Shown here: in pieces, positions 9,407 to 18,388 of the stretch
Numbering within the stretch: position 1 is the first letter of the stretch
How the letters are laid out: the number at the start of each line of letters is the position of its first letter
From: an uncultured Chloroflexia bacterium
GTDB taxonomy: Bacteria > Chloroflexota > Limnocylindria > Limnocylindrales > CSP1-4
Direction of reading: 5' to 3'
DNA: 64,000 bases
Assembly (NCBI GenBank): GCA_963781705.1
Contig: CAWAGP010000010.1
Span: 101,028-165,027 of the forward strand
Made by a program: the position numbers and the translations under genes
The notes under the pieces: model-generated
The model's database searches: none
What the model saw: the letters and a program-made list of their open reading frames with translations, nothing else
Told to the model about the DNA's origin: nothing

Positions 9407-10837
9407 ATGCACATAGCGATGGTCGCCTCCGAGTGTGAGCCCTTTGCCAAGACCGGCGGACTGGCCGACGTGGTCGACGCGCTGGCTCGCGCGGTCGGCC
9501 AATTGGGCCACGAGGTCGATGTCTACCTGCCGTTGTACCGCGGCCTGCGGCCGCCTGAGCCGGCGCAGCAGCTCGAATTGAGCGTGCCGGTTGGCGGCGG
9601 GCGGCGCGAGCACGTAGTCGTGCACTCGGCCCAGGCGCGTGGCTACCGGTTGCGCCTGGTCGAGCACCCGGCCAGCTTCGATCGGCCCGATTACTACGTC
9701 GTCGATGGCGCCGACTATCCCGACAACGGCTTCCGTTTCGCGCTGCTCGGCCGCGCGGCGCTGGAGGCGATGCTTGCCGAGGAGCGCGCCGTCGACGTAT
9801 TGCACGGCCATGACTGGGAAGGCGCACCGGCGCTGCTGCTCCTGCGTCACCGTTATCAGGCGACGCCGCTGGCGTCGATCGCAACCATGCTCACCTGCCA
9901 CAACCTGGCGTACCACGGCTGGGTGGCGCGCGCGGCGGCGGCGCAGCTGGACCTGCCGGCAGCGGTCGGCGCGCCCGATGGCGTCGACCTGCTGCGCGAA
10001 GGCATCCTTGCCGCCGACCTGGTCAGCACCGTCAGCCCCACCTTCGCGCGCGAATCCCTGGAGCCGGAGTTCGGCGCCGGCGTTGACGACGCCCTGCGCA
10101 GCATCGGCGAGCGCTACGGCGGAATTCTCAACGGCATCGACGCCGAGCTGTGGAACCCCGCCACCGACACCGCGCTGCCGGCGCGTTACTCGGCCGACGA
10201 CCTCGCCGGCAAGGATGTCTGCCGCGCCGAGCTGTGTCGCGAGCTCGGCCTCGATCCGGACGGGCCGCTGTTGGCCATGGTCAGCCGGCTCGATCCACAG
10301 AAGGGCTTCGACCTGCTCACCGCCGCCGCGCCGCAACTGCTGCAGGATGGCGCTCGGCTGTGCGTGCTGGGCACGGGGGACCACGCCCTGATCGGCCGCC
10401 TGGGTACCCTGGCGCAGCAGCACGGCCGGCGCGTGGCGCTCGTCGATCGCTTCGACCGCGATCTCGCGCGGCGCATGTACGCGGGCGCCGATGCGTTCCT
10501 GATGCCGTCGCGCTTCGAGCCGTGCGGCCAGAGCCAGATGATCGCCATGCGCTACGGCACGCCGCCGATCGTCCGCGTGACGGGCGGACTGGCCGACACC
10601 GTGGTGGACGCCGACGGCGACGCCGCCGGCTTCGGTTTCACCTTCGGCCCGATTGATCCGGACGCGCTGACCGACGCAAGTCGGCGCGCGATGACGGCCT
10701 GGGCCGACCGGACACGCTGGCGGCAGATCCAGCTGCGCGGCATGGCCGTCGACCACTCATGGCATGAGCCGGCACGCGAATACGTCACCGCGTACCGCGA
10801 AGCCGCCGCGATCGCTGCGAAGGGAGGAGCTGGGTGA
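9407..10837 (+). CDS. glgA: Glycogen synthase (ADP-glucose type, GT5)
   Basis: MHIAMVASECEPFAKTGGLADVV is the KTGGL motif, and the length is 476 aa. It is divergent from glgP with a 90-nt shared promoter region. Confidence 0.85.
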   Translation: MHIAMVASECEPFAKTGGLADVVDALARAVGQLGHEVDVYLPLYRGLRPPEPAQQLELSVPVGGGRREHVVVHSAQARGYRLRLVEHPASFDRPDYYVVDGADYPDNGFRFALLGRAALEAMLAEERAVDVLHGHDWEGAPALLLLRHRYQATPLASIATMLTCHNLAYHGWVARAAAAQLDLPAAVGAPDGVDLLREGILAADLVSTVSPTFARESLEPEFGAGVDDALRSIGERYGGILNGIDAELWNPATDTALPARYSADDLAGKDVCRAELCRELGLDPDGPLLAMVSRLDPQKGFDLLTAAAPQLLQDGARLCVLGTGDHALIGRLGTLAQQHGRRVALVDRFDRDLARRMYAGADAFLMPSRFEPCGQSQMIAMRYGTPPIVRVTGGLADTVVDADGDAAGFGFTFGPIDPDALTDASRRAMTAWADRTRWRQIQLRGMAVDHSWHEPAREYVTAYREAAAIAAKGGAG

Positions 10838-11616
10838 GCTTGCTCGAGGGAAGGAAGGCGCTCGTCTTTGGCGTCGCCAACGATCATTCGATCGCCTGGG
10901 GCATCTCCCGCGCCCTTCACGCGCACGGCGCGCAGGTCGGTTTCAGCTCGATCGAGGCGCTCATCGAGAAGCGCGTTCGGCCCCTGGCCCAGAGCATCGG
11001 GTCGACTTTCGTGGAGCCGTGCGACGTGCAGGACGATGCGCAGATCGAGCGCGTCTTCCGCGCGTGGCAGGAGCGCGAGGGCCGGCTCGACATACTGGTT
11101 CACGCGCTGGCCTTTGCCCGGCGCGAGGATCTCGACGGACGTTTCGTGGACACGTCGCGGGACGGTTTCGCGCTCGCGCTCGATGTGAGTGCCTACTCGC
11201 TCGTGGCACTCGCGCGAGCGGCCGCGCCGCTCATGGGCGACAGCGGATCGATCATGACGCTCACCTACTACGGCGCCGAAAAGGTGGTCGGCAACTACAA
11301 CGTGATGGGCGTGGCCAAGGCGGCGCTGGAGGCGGGGATGCGTTACCTGGCCAGTGACCTGGGCCCGGCGGGCGTTCGCGTCAACGCCATCAGCGCCGGC
11401 CCCATCCGCACATTGGCGGCGACCGGCATTGCCGGCTTTCGCTCCATGTACGGCAAGTTTCGCGACATCGCGCCGCTGCGCCGCAATGTCACCATTGACG
11501 ACGTCGGCGGCGCCGCCGTCTACCTGGCCAGCGACCTGTCGGCGGGCGTGACGGGCGAGGTCATCTACGTCGACGGCGGCTTCAACATCCTGGGCGTACC
11601 GACGACCGAAAGTTGA
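10834..11616 (+). CDS. fabI: Enoyl-[acyl-carrier-protein] reductase (NADH), FabI
   Basis: ALVFGVANDHSIAWGISR...SAGPIRTLAA...IYVDGGFNI are FabI SDR signatures. The GTG start overlaps the glgA stop (GTGA). GGGAGGAG is present 4 nt upstream. Confidence 0.85.
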   Translation: MSLLEGRKALVFGVANDHSIAWGISRALHAHGAQVGFSSIEALIEKRVRPLAQSIGSTFVEPCDVQDDAQIERVFRAWQEREGRLDILVHALAFARREDLDGRFVDTSRDGFALALDVSAYSLVALARAAAPLMGDSGSIMTLTYYGAEKVVGNYNVMGVAKAALEAGMRYLASDLGPAGVRVNAISAGPIRTLAATGIAGFRSMYGKFRDIAPLRRNVTIDDVGGAAVYLASDLSAGVTGEVIYVDGGFNILGVPTTES

Positions 11617-12122
11617 GCGCTTCATCGGCGCGCCGGTCGTCCGGCGCGCGCTTACCGTCGCTCGGACCGCGCGGCGAGGGCTGGTTCGCGCTGCAGGTGC
11701 TGCTACTCGGCGCGATCGGCGCGGCGGGAGTCCTGGCGCACTCGGCCTGGCCGGGCGTGCTGGCCGGCCCGGCCGTGGCGGCCGGCGCCATCCTGATCGC
11801 GGCCGGCCTGGCGGTCGGCTTCGCCGGCATCCGCGCGCTTGACATCTCGCTCAGCCCGCTGCCCAAGCCGACCGACAACGGGCTGCTTATCGTGCGCGGC
11901 CTGTATGGCGTGGTCCGTCATCCGATCTACGTCGGCTTGGTTCTCGCCTCGCTCGGCTGGTCGCTGATGACGGCCAGCTTCGCCGCCCTGGTCGTGACCC
12001 TGTTGCTGTGCCTCCTGCTCGACCTCAAGGCACGCCGCGAAGAGGCGTGGCTACGCGAGCGCTACCCGGGCTATGCCGCCTACGCCGAGCACACCCGCCG
12101 TTTCATCCCCTGGCTGTACTGA
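11613..12122 (+). CDS. Isoprenylcysteine carboxyl methyltransferase (ICMT/PEMT) family membrane methyltransferase
   Basis: GLYGVVRHPIYVG...EEAWLRERYPGYAAYAEHTRRFIPWLY is the C-terminal ICMT motif. Hydrophobic helices are present, and the TTG start overlaps the fabI stop. Confidence 0.55.
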   Translation: MSASSARRSSGARLPSLGPRGEGWFALQVLLLGAIGAAGVLAHSAWPGVLAGPAVAAGAILIAAGLAVGFAGIRALDISLSPLPKPTDNGLLIVRGLYGVVRHPIYVGLVLASLGWSLMTASFAALVVTLLLCLLLDLKARREEAWLRERYPGYAAYAEHTRRFIPWLY

Positions 12123-12461
12123 CGCCTGCCCGGTAGCACGGCCGGGGACCGCAATCCACACCGGCTATCCCCAGTCGGCGCGCCGTCGTGGATAAAGCGC
12201 GCGAATCCAGCGAAAGTCGTGGATGAGTGATCTTGCGCCGGGCACCTGCCGGCCCTAATGTCTGAACTAGCCCGAAGGGGCCACGGAAACCGGACTCAAC
12301 GACCGGGGCTTGCTCCAGTCGATGAAATTCCGGAGAGGATGCGGAGCCGAAGGACTTGTTCCGGAGGCTGCGGCAGGAGGCTCGTCCTCCCGCCACCCGT
12401 TCTCGCCTCCGAGGTTCCTTCGGGTCTTTGATTCGTCCGCCGGTAAGAATTTGTCCGCCGG

Positions 12462-12962
12462 TCAGGCGACGACGTCGAGGATGTAGCGGAAGAGGTCGCG
12501 CGCCGACACGATGCCGGTCGGTCGGCCGCCCTCGACCAGCGGGATGTGGCGAAAACCCCCGACGGCCATCTTGTTGATCGCCACGGCCATGCTGTCGCCC
12601 AGGCGGAGCACAACGGGATCGGGTGTCATCAGCTCTGCCACGGTCACTCCTTCGAGTGGTCCGTCGGTCAGCTTGAGCACCAGGTCACGCTCGCTCAGGA
12701 TGCCGCGCAGTTGGCCCTCGTCTACGACCAGCAGGCAACCGACTCCCGCCTGCCGCATCTGCTCGACTGCCTCGCGCGCGCTGGCCGCGCTGCCGATCAC
12801 CACCGGCCGGTGCGGGTGGATGTCGGCCAGCGGCGTGACGACCAACTGCGCCTCGAAACGGGTGTCCGGCTGGGGCACGTCCGCGGTGCGCAGGTCGGCT
12901 CCGCAGTTGTCGCACTCACCGGTGCCCTGGATGTTGTCGAAGCCGCACGCGGGGCAGATCAT
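12462..12962 (-). CDS. Zinc-ribbon plus CBS-pair domain protein
   Basis: MICPACGFDNIQGTGECDNCG (C4 zinc ribbon) is followed by two CBS motifs (GCLLVVDEGQLRGILSERDL ... FRHIPLVEGGRPTGIVSARDL). The ATGA overlap with the korB stop indicates co-transcription. Confidence 0.6.
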   Translation of the reverse strand: MICPACGFDNIQGTGECDNCGADLRTADVPQPDTRFEAQLVVTPLADIHPHRPVVIGSAASAREAVEQMRQAGVGCLLVVDEGQLRGILSERDLVLKLTDGPLEGVTVAELMTPDPVVLRLGDSMAVAINKMAVGGFRHIPLVEGGRPTGIVSARDLFRYILDVVA

Positions 12963-14026
12963 TTGACCGTCCAGGTCTCCCCGCTGACGAGCAGCTTCTC
13001 TAGATCGCCCTTGCCCTGCCGAGTGATCGCGTCGTCAATCTGGCCCACGACCAACTGGTCGTGCGTGGGCCGGACAACGCGCCGCAGCACGCCGACCGGG
13101 ACCGGGAATTGCGGCCACCACATGCGCGACAGCATGTACGCCAGGTACGGGTCGTCGGCATCCTCGTGGTGGATCAGCAGGTCCTCCTCGCTGACGCCGT
13201 TGCCCAGCTGGACGACCTCGGGATGCAGGCGGTTAAGCCGGATGCCCTTGTCGCGTTCCTTGCCGAAGACCATTGGCTGGCCGTCCTGGAGGAACAGCAT
13301 CCGGTCGTCGCGCACGTCGCGCTCGGTGAACTCGCGGTAGGCGCCGTCGTTGAAGATGTTGCAGTTCTGGAGCACCTCGACGAAGACCGAGCCGTGGTGG
13401 AAGCCGGCCTTGCTGAGCGTCTCCTGGAGGTGCTCGGTATGCGTGTCGACCGAGCGCGCCACGAAGCTTGCCTCGGCGGCGAGGGCGATCGACAGCGGCT
13501 GGACGGGATAGTCGACCGTGCCTGCCGGGGATGATTTGGTCTTCTTGCCCAGCTCCGAAGTGGGCGAGGCCTGGCCCTTGGTCAGGCCGTAGATACGGTT
13601 GTTGAACATCACGACCTTGATGTCCGCGTTGCGGCGCATCGAGTGCAGGATGTGGTTGCCGCCGATCGACAGCGCGTCGCCGTCGCCGGTGATGACCCAG
13701 ACCATCAGTGCCGGGTTGGCCAGCTTCAGGCCGGTGGCCAAGGTGGGCGCGCGGCCGTGGATCGAGTGGAAGCCGTAGGTGTTCATGTAGTACGGCAGTC
13801 GTCCCGAGCAGCCGATGCCGCTGATGAAGACGACGTTCTCCTTGGGCACGCCGAAGTCGGGCATCGTCTTCTGTGTCTGGGCCAGGATCGAATAGTCGCC
13901 ACAGCCGGGGCACCAGCGCACTTCCTGGTCGGACACGAAGTCCTTGCGCGTCAACTCGATGACGCGCGCGTTTTCGGGGCTGAGGGCCGGCTGGCCGCCG
14001 ATGGGGTCGGTCATTGGTGTCGTCAC
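12959..14026 (-). CDS. korB: 2-oxoglutarate:ferredoxin oxidoreductase beta subunit (TPP-binding)
   Basis: WCPGCGDY...GIGCSGR...ITGDGDALSIGGNH is the TPP-binding fold of OFOR beta. The size is 355 aa, and the GTGA overlap with korA shows coupling. Confidence 0.8.
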   Translation of the reverse strand: MTTPMTDPIGGQPALSPENARVIELTRKDFVSDQEVRWCPGCGDYSILAQTQKTMPDFGVPKENVVFISGIGCSGRLPYYMNTYGFHSIHGRAPTLATGLKLANPALMVWVITGDGDALSIGGNHILHSMRRNADIKVVMFNNRIYGLTKGQASPTSELGKKTKSSPAGTVDYPVQPLSIALAAEASFVARSVDTHTEHLQETLSKAGFHHGSVFVEVLQNCNIFNDGAYREFTERDVRDDRMLFLQDGQPMVFGKERDKGIRLNRLHPEVVQLGNGVSEEDLLIHHEDADDPYLAYMLSRMWWPQFPVPVGVLRRVVRPTHDQLVVGQIDDAITRQGKGDLEKLLVSGETWTVK

Positions 14027-15888
14027 TTCCCGTCGCGGCCGAGCAACTCCTCGGCCGCCTGCTTGATCTCGACGATGCGGAACGGTTTGCCGCGCACGCG
14101 GTTCAGGCCGACCACGTCGATCAGGTAACGCGCGCGCAGCAGCAGCGATAGCTGGCCCAGGTTGATCTCAGGCACGAGCACCGTGCGGTAGCTGCGCAGG
14201 ACTTCCTCGGTGTTGGCCGGCAGCGGGTTGAGGTGGCGCAGGTGCGCATGGGCGACGCTCCAACCTTCGGCCTGCAGCCGTTCGGTCGCGCTGCGGATGG
14301 CGCCGTAGGTCGAGCCCCAGCCGAGGATCAACAGGTCACCCGACTGCGGGCCGTAGGCGGTCAGCGTCGGGATGTCGCTCGCGATGCCGGCAACCTTCTG
14401 TTGCCGCAGCATCTGCATGTGGTGGTGGTTCTCTGGGTCATAGCTGACATTGCCGGTGACATCGGCCTTCTCGAGGCCGCCGATACGATGCTCGAGGCCG
14501 GGCGTGCCCGGCACCGCCCACGGCCGTGCCAGCGTGTGCGGATCGCGCGCATATGGCTGGAAGGTGGCTTGGTCGGTGAAACCGGGGACCGAGATGTCGG
14601 GCATCCCGTCGACCGCCGGGATTTGCCACGGCTCGGCGCCGTTGGCGAGGAATGCGTCGGACAGGTAGATCACCGGGGTCATGTACTTGAGCGCCAGGCG
14701 CGCGGCCTCGATGGCGTAGTCGAAGCATTCGGCCGGCGTGGCCGGTGCCACGACGGGAACGGATGAGTCGCCGTTGCGGCCGAACATGGCCATCAGCAGG
14801 TCGCCCTGCTCGGTCTTGGTGGGCATGCCCGTGGAGGGGCCGGCGCGCTGCACGTCGACCACGACCAGTGGCAGCTCGGTCATCACGGCCAGGTTGAGCG
14901 CCTCGCTCTTGAGCGCGATGCCCGGGCCGGAACTTGCCGTCAGGCCGAGCGCGCCGCCGTAGGAGGCGCCGATGGCCGACCCGATGGCGGCAATCTCGTC
15001 CTCGGCCTGGAAGGTCTTGACGCCGAAGTTCTTGTAGCTCGCCAGGGCATGCAGGATGTCGCTGGCCGGGGTGATCGGATAGCTGCCGTAGAACAGGTCG
15101 CGCTCCGCGAGCTGCGCCGCGGCGACGAAACCGAGTGCGGTCGCCTCGTTGCCGGTGATATTGCGATACGTGCCCGGGGCAAGCTTCGCCGGCGGGACGT
15201 TATAGGTGGTGTGGAACATCTCGGTCGTCTCGCCGAAGGCGTAGCCGGCCTTGAGCGCGCGCCGGTTCGCCTCGGCGATGACCGGCCGTGCCGTGAAACG
15301 CGTCTCGATCCAGCGCAGCGTGGGATCCATGCTGCGCTCATACAGCCAGAACATCAGCCCCAGCGCGAAGAAGTTCTTGGTCAGATCGATCTGCTTGGAG
15401 GTCATGTCGAGGCCCTCGAGCGCGCGCGCGTTGAGCGTGCTGATGGGGATCTCGAACAGGTCGTACTGCTTGAGCGTGCCGTCGGTCAGCGGATTGCTCT
15501 GAAAGCCCGCCTTCTTGAGGTTGTTGGCGTTGAACGCGTCCGCGTTGACGATCAGCGCACCGCCCGCCGGCAGATCGCCGACGTTGGTGCGCAGCGCCGC
15601 CGGGTTCATCGCCACCAGCACGTCGGGCTGGTCGCCCGGGGTGTAGATGTCGGCCGACGCGAAGCTGATCTGGAAGCCGCTCACGCCCGGCAGCGAGCCG
15701 GCCGGCGCGCGGATCTCGGCGGGATAGTCGGGCAGCGTCGACACGTCGTTGCCGAAGACGGCCGCAGTGCTGGTGAACTGCGTGCCGGTCAACTGCATGC
15801 CGTCGCCCGAGTCGCCGCAGAAGCGGATGGTGACGCGCTCTAGGTCCTGGACGGTGACGTCCTTTGGTGGGGCAGTCTCAGTAGTCAT
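14023..15888 (-). CDS. korA: 2-oxoglutarate:ferredoxin oxidoreductase alpha subunit
   Basis: 621 aa, N-terminal RFCGDSGDGMQLTG..., the two-subunit KorAB architecture (alpha about 600 aa, beta about 350 aa). Confidence 0.8.
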   Translation of the reverse strand: MTTETAPPKDVTVQDLERVTIRFCGDSGDGMQLTGTQFTSTAAVFGNDVSTLPDYPAEIRAPAGSLPGVSGFQISFASADIYTPGDQPDVLVAMNPAALRTNVGDLPAGGALIVNADAFNANNLKKAGFQSNPLTDGTLKQYDLFEIPISTLNARALEGLDMTSKQIDLTKNFFALGLMFWLYERSMDPTLRWIETRFTARPVIAEANRRALKAGYAFGETTEMFHTTYNVPPAKLAPGTYRNITGNEATALGFVAAAQLAERDLFYGSYPITPASDILHALASYKNFGVKTFQAEDEIAAIGSAIGASYGGALGLTASSGPGIALKSEALNLAVMTELPLVVVDVQRAGPSTGMPTKTEQGDLLMAMFGRNGDSSVPVVAPATPAECFDYAIEAARLALKYMTPVIYLSDAFLANGAEPWQIPAVDGMPDISVPGFTDQATFQPYARDPHTLARPWAVPGTPGLEHRIGGLEKADVTGNVSYDPENHHHMQMLRQQKVAGIASDIPTLTAYGPQSGDLLILGWGSTYGAIRSATERLQAEGWSVAHAHLRHLNPLPANTEEVLRSYRTVLVPEINLGQLSLLLRARYLIDVVGLNRVRGKPFRIVEIKQAAEELLGRDGK

Positions 15889-15901
15889 GATCGGTGGCGG
15901 G

Positions 15902-16367
15902 TCAGGCGCCCTCCGGCTCCTCCATGAATTGATGCGGCCGAGGCGGCAGGTTGAGGATTTCCTGCGGGAACGCCTCGGCGACGTACTCGAGCAGGTCCTG
16001 TTGACGAAGCAGCGCGACGATGCGTCCGCTCTCGTCGACGAGCGGCACGTTGCGATAATGGCCGCGCTCCATGGCGCGCATCGCCTCGATCAGCGTGGCA
16101 TCAGCCGGTAGCGTGTGCGGCGTGGAGGTCATGAACTCATCGACCGGTCGGGACTGGTCGACGGCCTCCGCCAGCACGCGGATGAGCACGTCACGTTCGG
16201 TCAGAATGCCCACCAGCCGTCCATCGTCGGTGATCAGTACGGCATCGCCATGGCCGGCGCGCATGTGTACGAGCGCGTCGCGCAGCGATGTGCCCCGTTG
16301 GACGGTCTGCGGATCGGGTCGCGCCAGTACGCGCGCCTTCTCGTTGCGCAACTCGAGCCGGGTCACG
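15902..16367 (-). CDS. CBS-pair domain protein
   Basis: Two CBS motifs (AVLITDDGRLVGILTERDVL ... NVPLVDESGRIVALLRQQDLL). The stop lies 13 nt before the korA start. The start is uncertain: GTG 16367 was chosen, while the track extends to 16594 through a low-complexity region overlapping the divergent ATP-grasp gene. Confidence 0.5.
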
Positions 16368-16490
16368 TGTTCGGTCGTGTCGCTCGGGCTCTTGGTGTTG
16401 ACGGTCGTTCGCACAGGCTCCAATCGCGCTGTGGTGGGTGGGCCGTTGATTCTACTCTCGGTGCTGACGGCGTCCGTAAACTCCGTTGGC

Positions 16491-17654
16491 GTGAACGTCG
16501 TCTTCCTTTCGCCGCACTTCCCGCCCAACTGGCTGCACTTCGTGCGCGGCCTGCGTGCGGCCGGGGCCACCACGCTGGGTATTGCCGACACCAACTGGGA
16601 AGCGCTGCGGCCCGAGTTGCGCGCCGCGCTGGTCGACTACTACCGCGTCGACGACCTGGGCAACTACGACCAGCTCGTGCGCGCGGTCGGCTACTTCATC
16701 AGCCGCCATGGGCGGATCGACCGGCTCGATTCGCTCAACGAGCACTGGCTCGAGGCCGAGGCCGCGCTCCGCACCGACTTCAACATCCCGGGCATCGACC
16801 GGCGGCTGATCGCCCCGATCAAGCGCAAGTCGTTGATGAAGGAGCGTTTCGTCGCGGCCGGCCTGCCGGTCGCGCGCGGCCGTGTCTGCCACACGGCCGA
16901 TGAGCTGCGCGCGTTCGTCGCCGAGGTCGGCCTGCCGGTGGTCGCCAAGCCGGACGTCGGCGTGGGCGCGGCGCGCACCTACAAGCTCGAGACACCGGCC
17001 CAGGTCGAGCGCTACCTGGCCGACAAGCCGGCGGTCGACTACATCGTCGAGGAGTTTATCGCCGGCGAAATCCTGACCTACGACGGCCTGGCCGGTCGGG
17101 ACGGCGAGATCGTCTTCGACTCGACCTTGATCTACTCGACCGGGGTGATGGAGTCGGTCAACGAGGGGCTCGACCTGTACTACTGGATCCCGCGCCAGAT
17201 ACCCGCCGACGTGGCCGAAACGGGGCGTGCAATGGCGCGTGCATTTGACGTTCGCGAGCGGCCGTTCCACTTCGAGATGTTCCGCACCGACGCCGGGCGG
17301 CTGATCCCGCTCGAAGTCAACATGCGGCCGCCCGGCGGACTGACCGTGGACATGTTCAACTTTGCCAACGACATCGACTTCTATCGCGAATGGGCGAACG
17401 TGCTTGTCAACGGACGTTTCGAGGCGACCATCAACCGCCCCCACAACTGCCTCTACGTCAGCCGCCGCGACAATCGCGCCTACGCCATGGCGCACGCCGA
17501 CGTGCTGCGCGAGTTCAGCGCCCTGATCGTCCATGAGACGCGCATGGACAGCACGTTCTCGGCAGCCATCGGCGACCACGGCTACGTGCTGCGCGGTCCC
17601 GAACTCGAACCGCTCATGGCCGCTGCACGCCGGATCCAGGCCACGCCGGCATGA
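16491..17654 (+). CDS. ATP-grasp domain protein (carboxylate-amine ligase-like), function unknown
   Basis: VNVVFLSPHFPPNW... N-terminus is followed by an ATP-grasp core (GLPVVAKPDVGVGAARTYK...DYIVEEFIAGEILTYDG...PLEVNMRPPGG). GTG start at 16491. The 140 aa upstream of this in the track ORF are Ser/Thr/Arg-rich antisense of the CBS gene. Confidence 0.6.
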   Translation: MNVVFLSPHFPPNWLHFVRGLRAAGATTLGIADTNWEALRPELRAALVDYYRVDDLGNYDQLVRAVGYFISRHGRIDRLDSLNEHWLEAEAALRTDFNIPGIDRRLIAPIKRKSLMKERFVAAGLPVARGRVCHTADELRAFVAEVGLPVVAKPDVGVGAARTYKLETPAQVERYLADKPAVDYIVEEFIAGEILTYDGLAGRDGEIVFDSTLIYSTGVMESVNEGLDLYYWIPRQIPADVAETGRAMARAFDVRERPFHFEMFRTDAGRLIPLEVNMRPPGGLTVDMFNFANDIDFYREWANVLVNGRFEATINRPHNCLYVSRRDNRAYAMAHADVLREFSALIVHETRMDSTFSAAIGDHGYVLRGPELEPLMAAARRIQATPA

Positions 17655-18388
17655 GACGCGCCGAACGCCGCTGGTTCAGCGGCAACCTTGGACACGACAT
17701 GGACGTGTTCATCTACGGCCACGCCGGACAACCACTCGTGTGCCTGCCCTCGCAGAACGGGCACGCCGGCGACTGGGAGGCCTTCGGCATGGTCGACTGC
17801 GTGGCCGATCTGCTCGAAGCCGGCCGGCTGCTGATAGTCGCCGTCGACGGCATCGACTGGCAGAGCTGGACCAGCGCCGACGCCCCGCTCCCGCACCGCG
17901 CGCGGCGCAACAACGACTACATGCGCTACATCAACGATGAGGTCGTGCCGCTGGCACGCAGTGAAGGCGGCCGCGAGAGCGTGTGGGCGACCGGCTGCAG
18001 CGTCGGCGCCTTCCACGCCGCCAACCTCTTCTTTCGCCGGCCCGATCTGTTCGACGGCATCATCGCCCTGTCGGGGATCTACCAGGCCAGCCATTTCGTG
18101 GGCGGTTTCACCGACGACGACGTGTACTTCAACAGCCCGCTCTACTACCTGCCCGAGCTGCGCGATCCATGGCACCTGGAGCGCTACCGGCGCAGCCGTA
18201 TCGTGGCGTGCGTGGGTCAGGGCGCCAACGAGAACGAGGCGATTGCCGACACGCGCCGGCTGCAGCAGGTTCTCCATGACAAGGGCGTGCCGGCAACGTT
18301 CGACTATTGGGGGCACGATGTTGAGCATCACTGGTACTGGTGGCAGAAGATGTTGCGTCACCATCTGGAGGTCCTGTGGAACGACTGA
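17651..18388 (+). CDS. Esterase family protein (PF00756-like alpha/beta hydrolase)
   Basis: DVFIYGHAGQPLVCLPSQNG...GCSVGAFHAANLFFRRPDLFDGIIALSGIY (GxSxG nucleophile elbow) ...WGHDVEHHWYWW. The ATGA overlap with the ATP-grasp stop shows translational coupling. Confidence 0.65.
   Translation: MRRAERRWFSGNLGHDMDVFIYGHAGQPLVCLPSQNGHAGDWEAFGMVDCVADLLEAGRLLIVAVDGIDWQSWTSADAPLPHRARRNNDYMRYINDEVVPLARSEGGRESVWATGCSVGAFHAANLFFRRPDLFDGIIALSGIYQASHFVGGFTDDDVYFNSPLYYLPELRDPWHLERYRRSRIVACVGQGANENEAIADTRRLQQVLHDKGVPATFDYWGHDVEHHWYWWQKMLRHHLEVLWND

Noticed and set aside
12123-12461. Cobalamin riboswitch / RNase P / SRP / tmRNA in the 340-nt convergent intergenic region
   Set aside because: No B12 box, no RNase P P4 elements, no SRP helix-8 motif, no tRNA-like 3' end recognised. 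It is kept only as an unclassified candidate sRNA.
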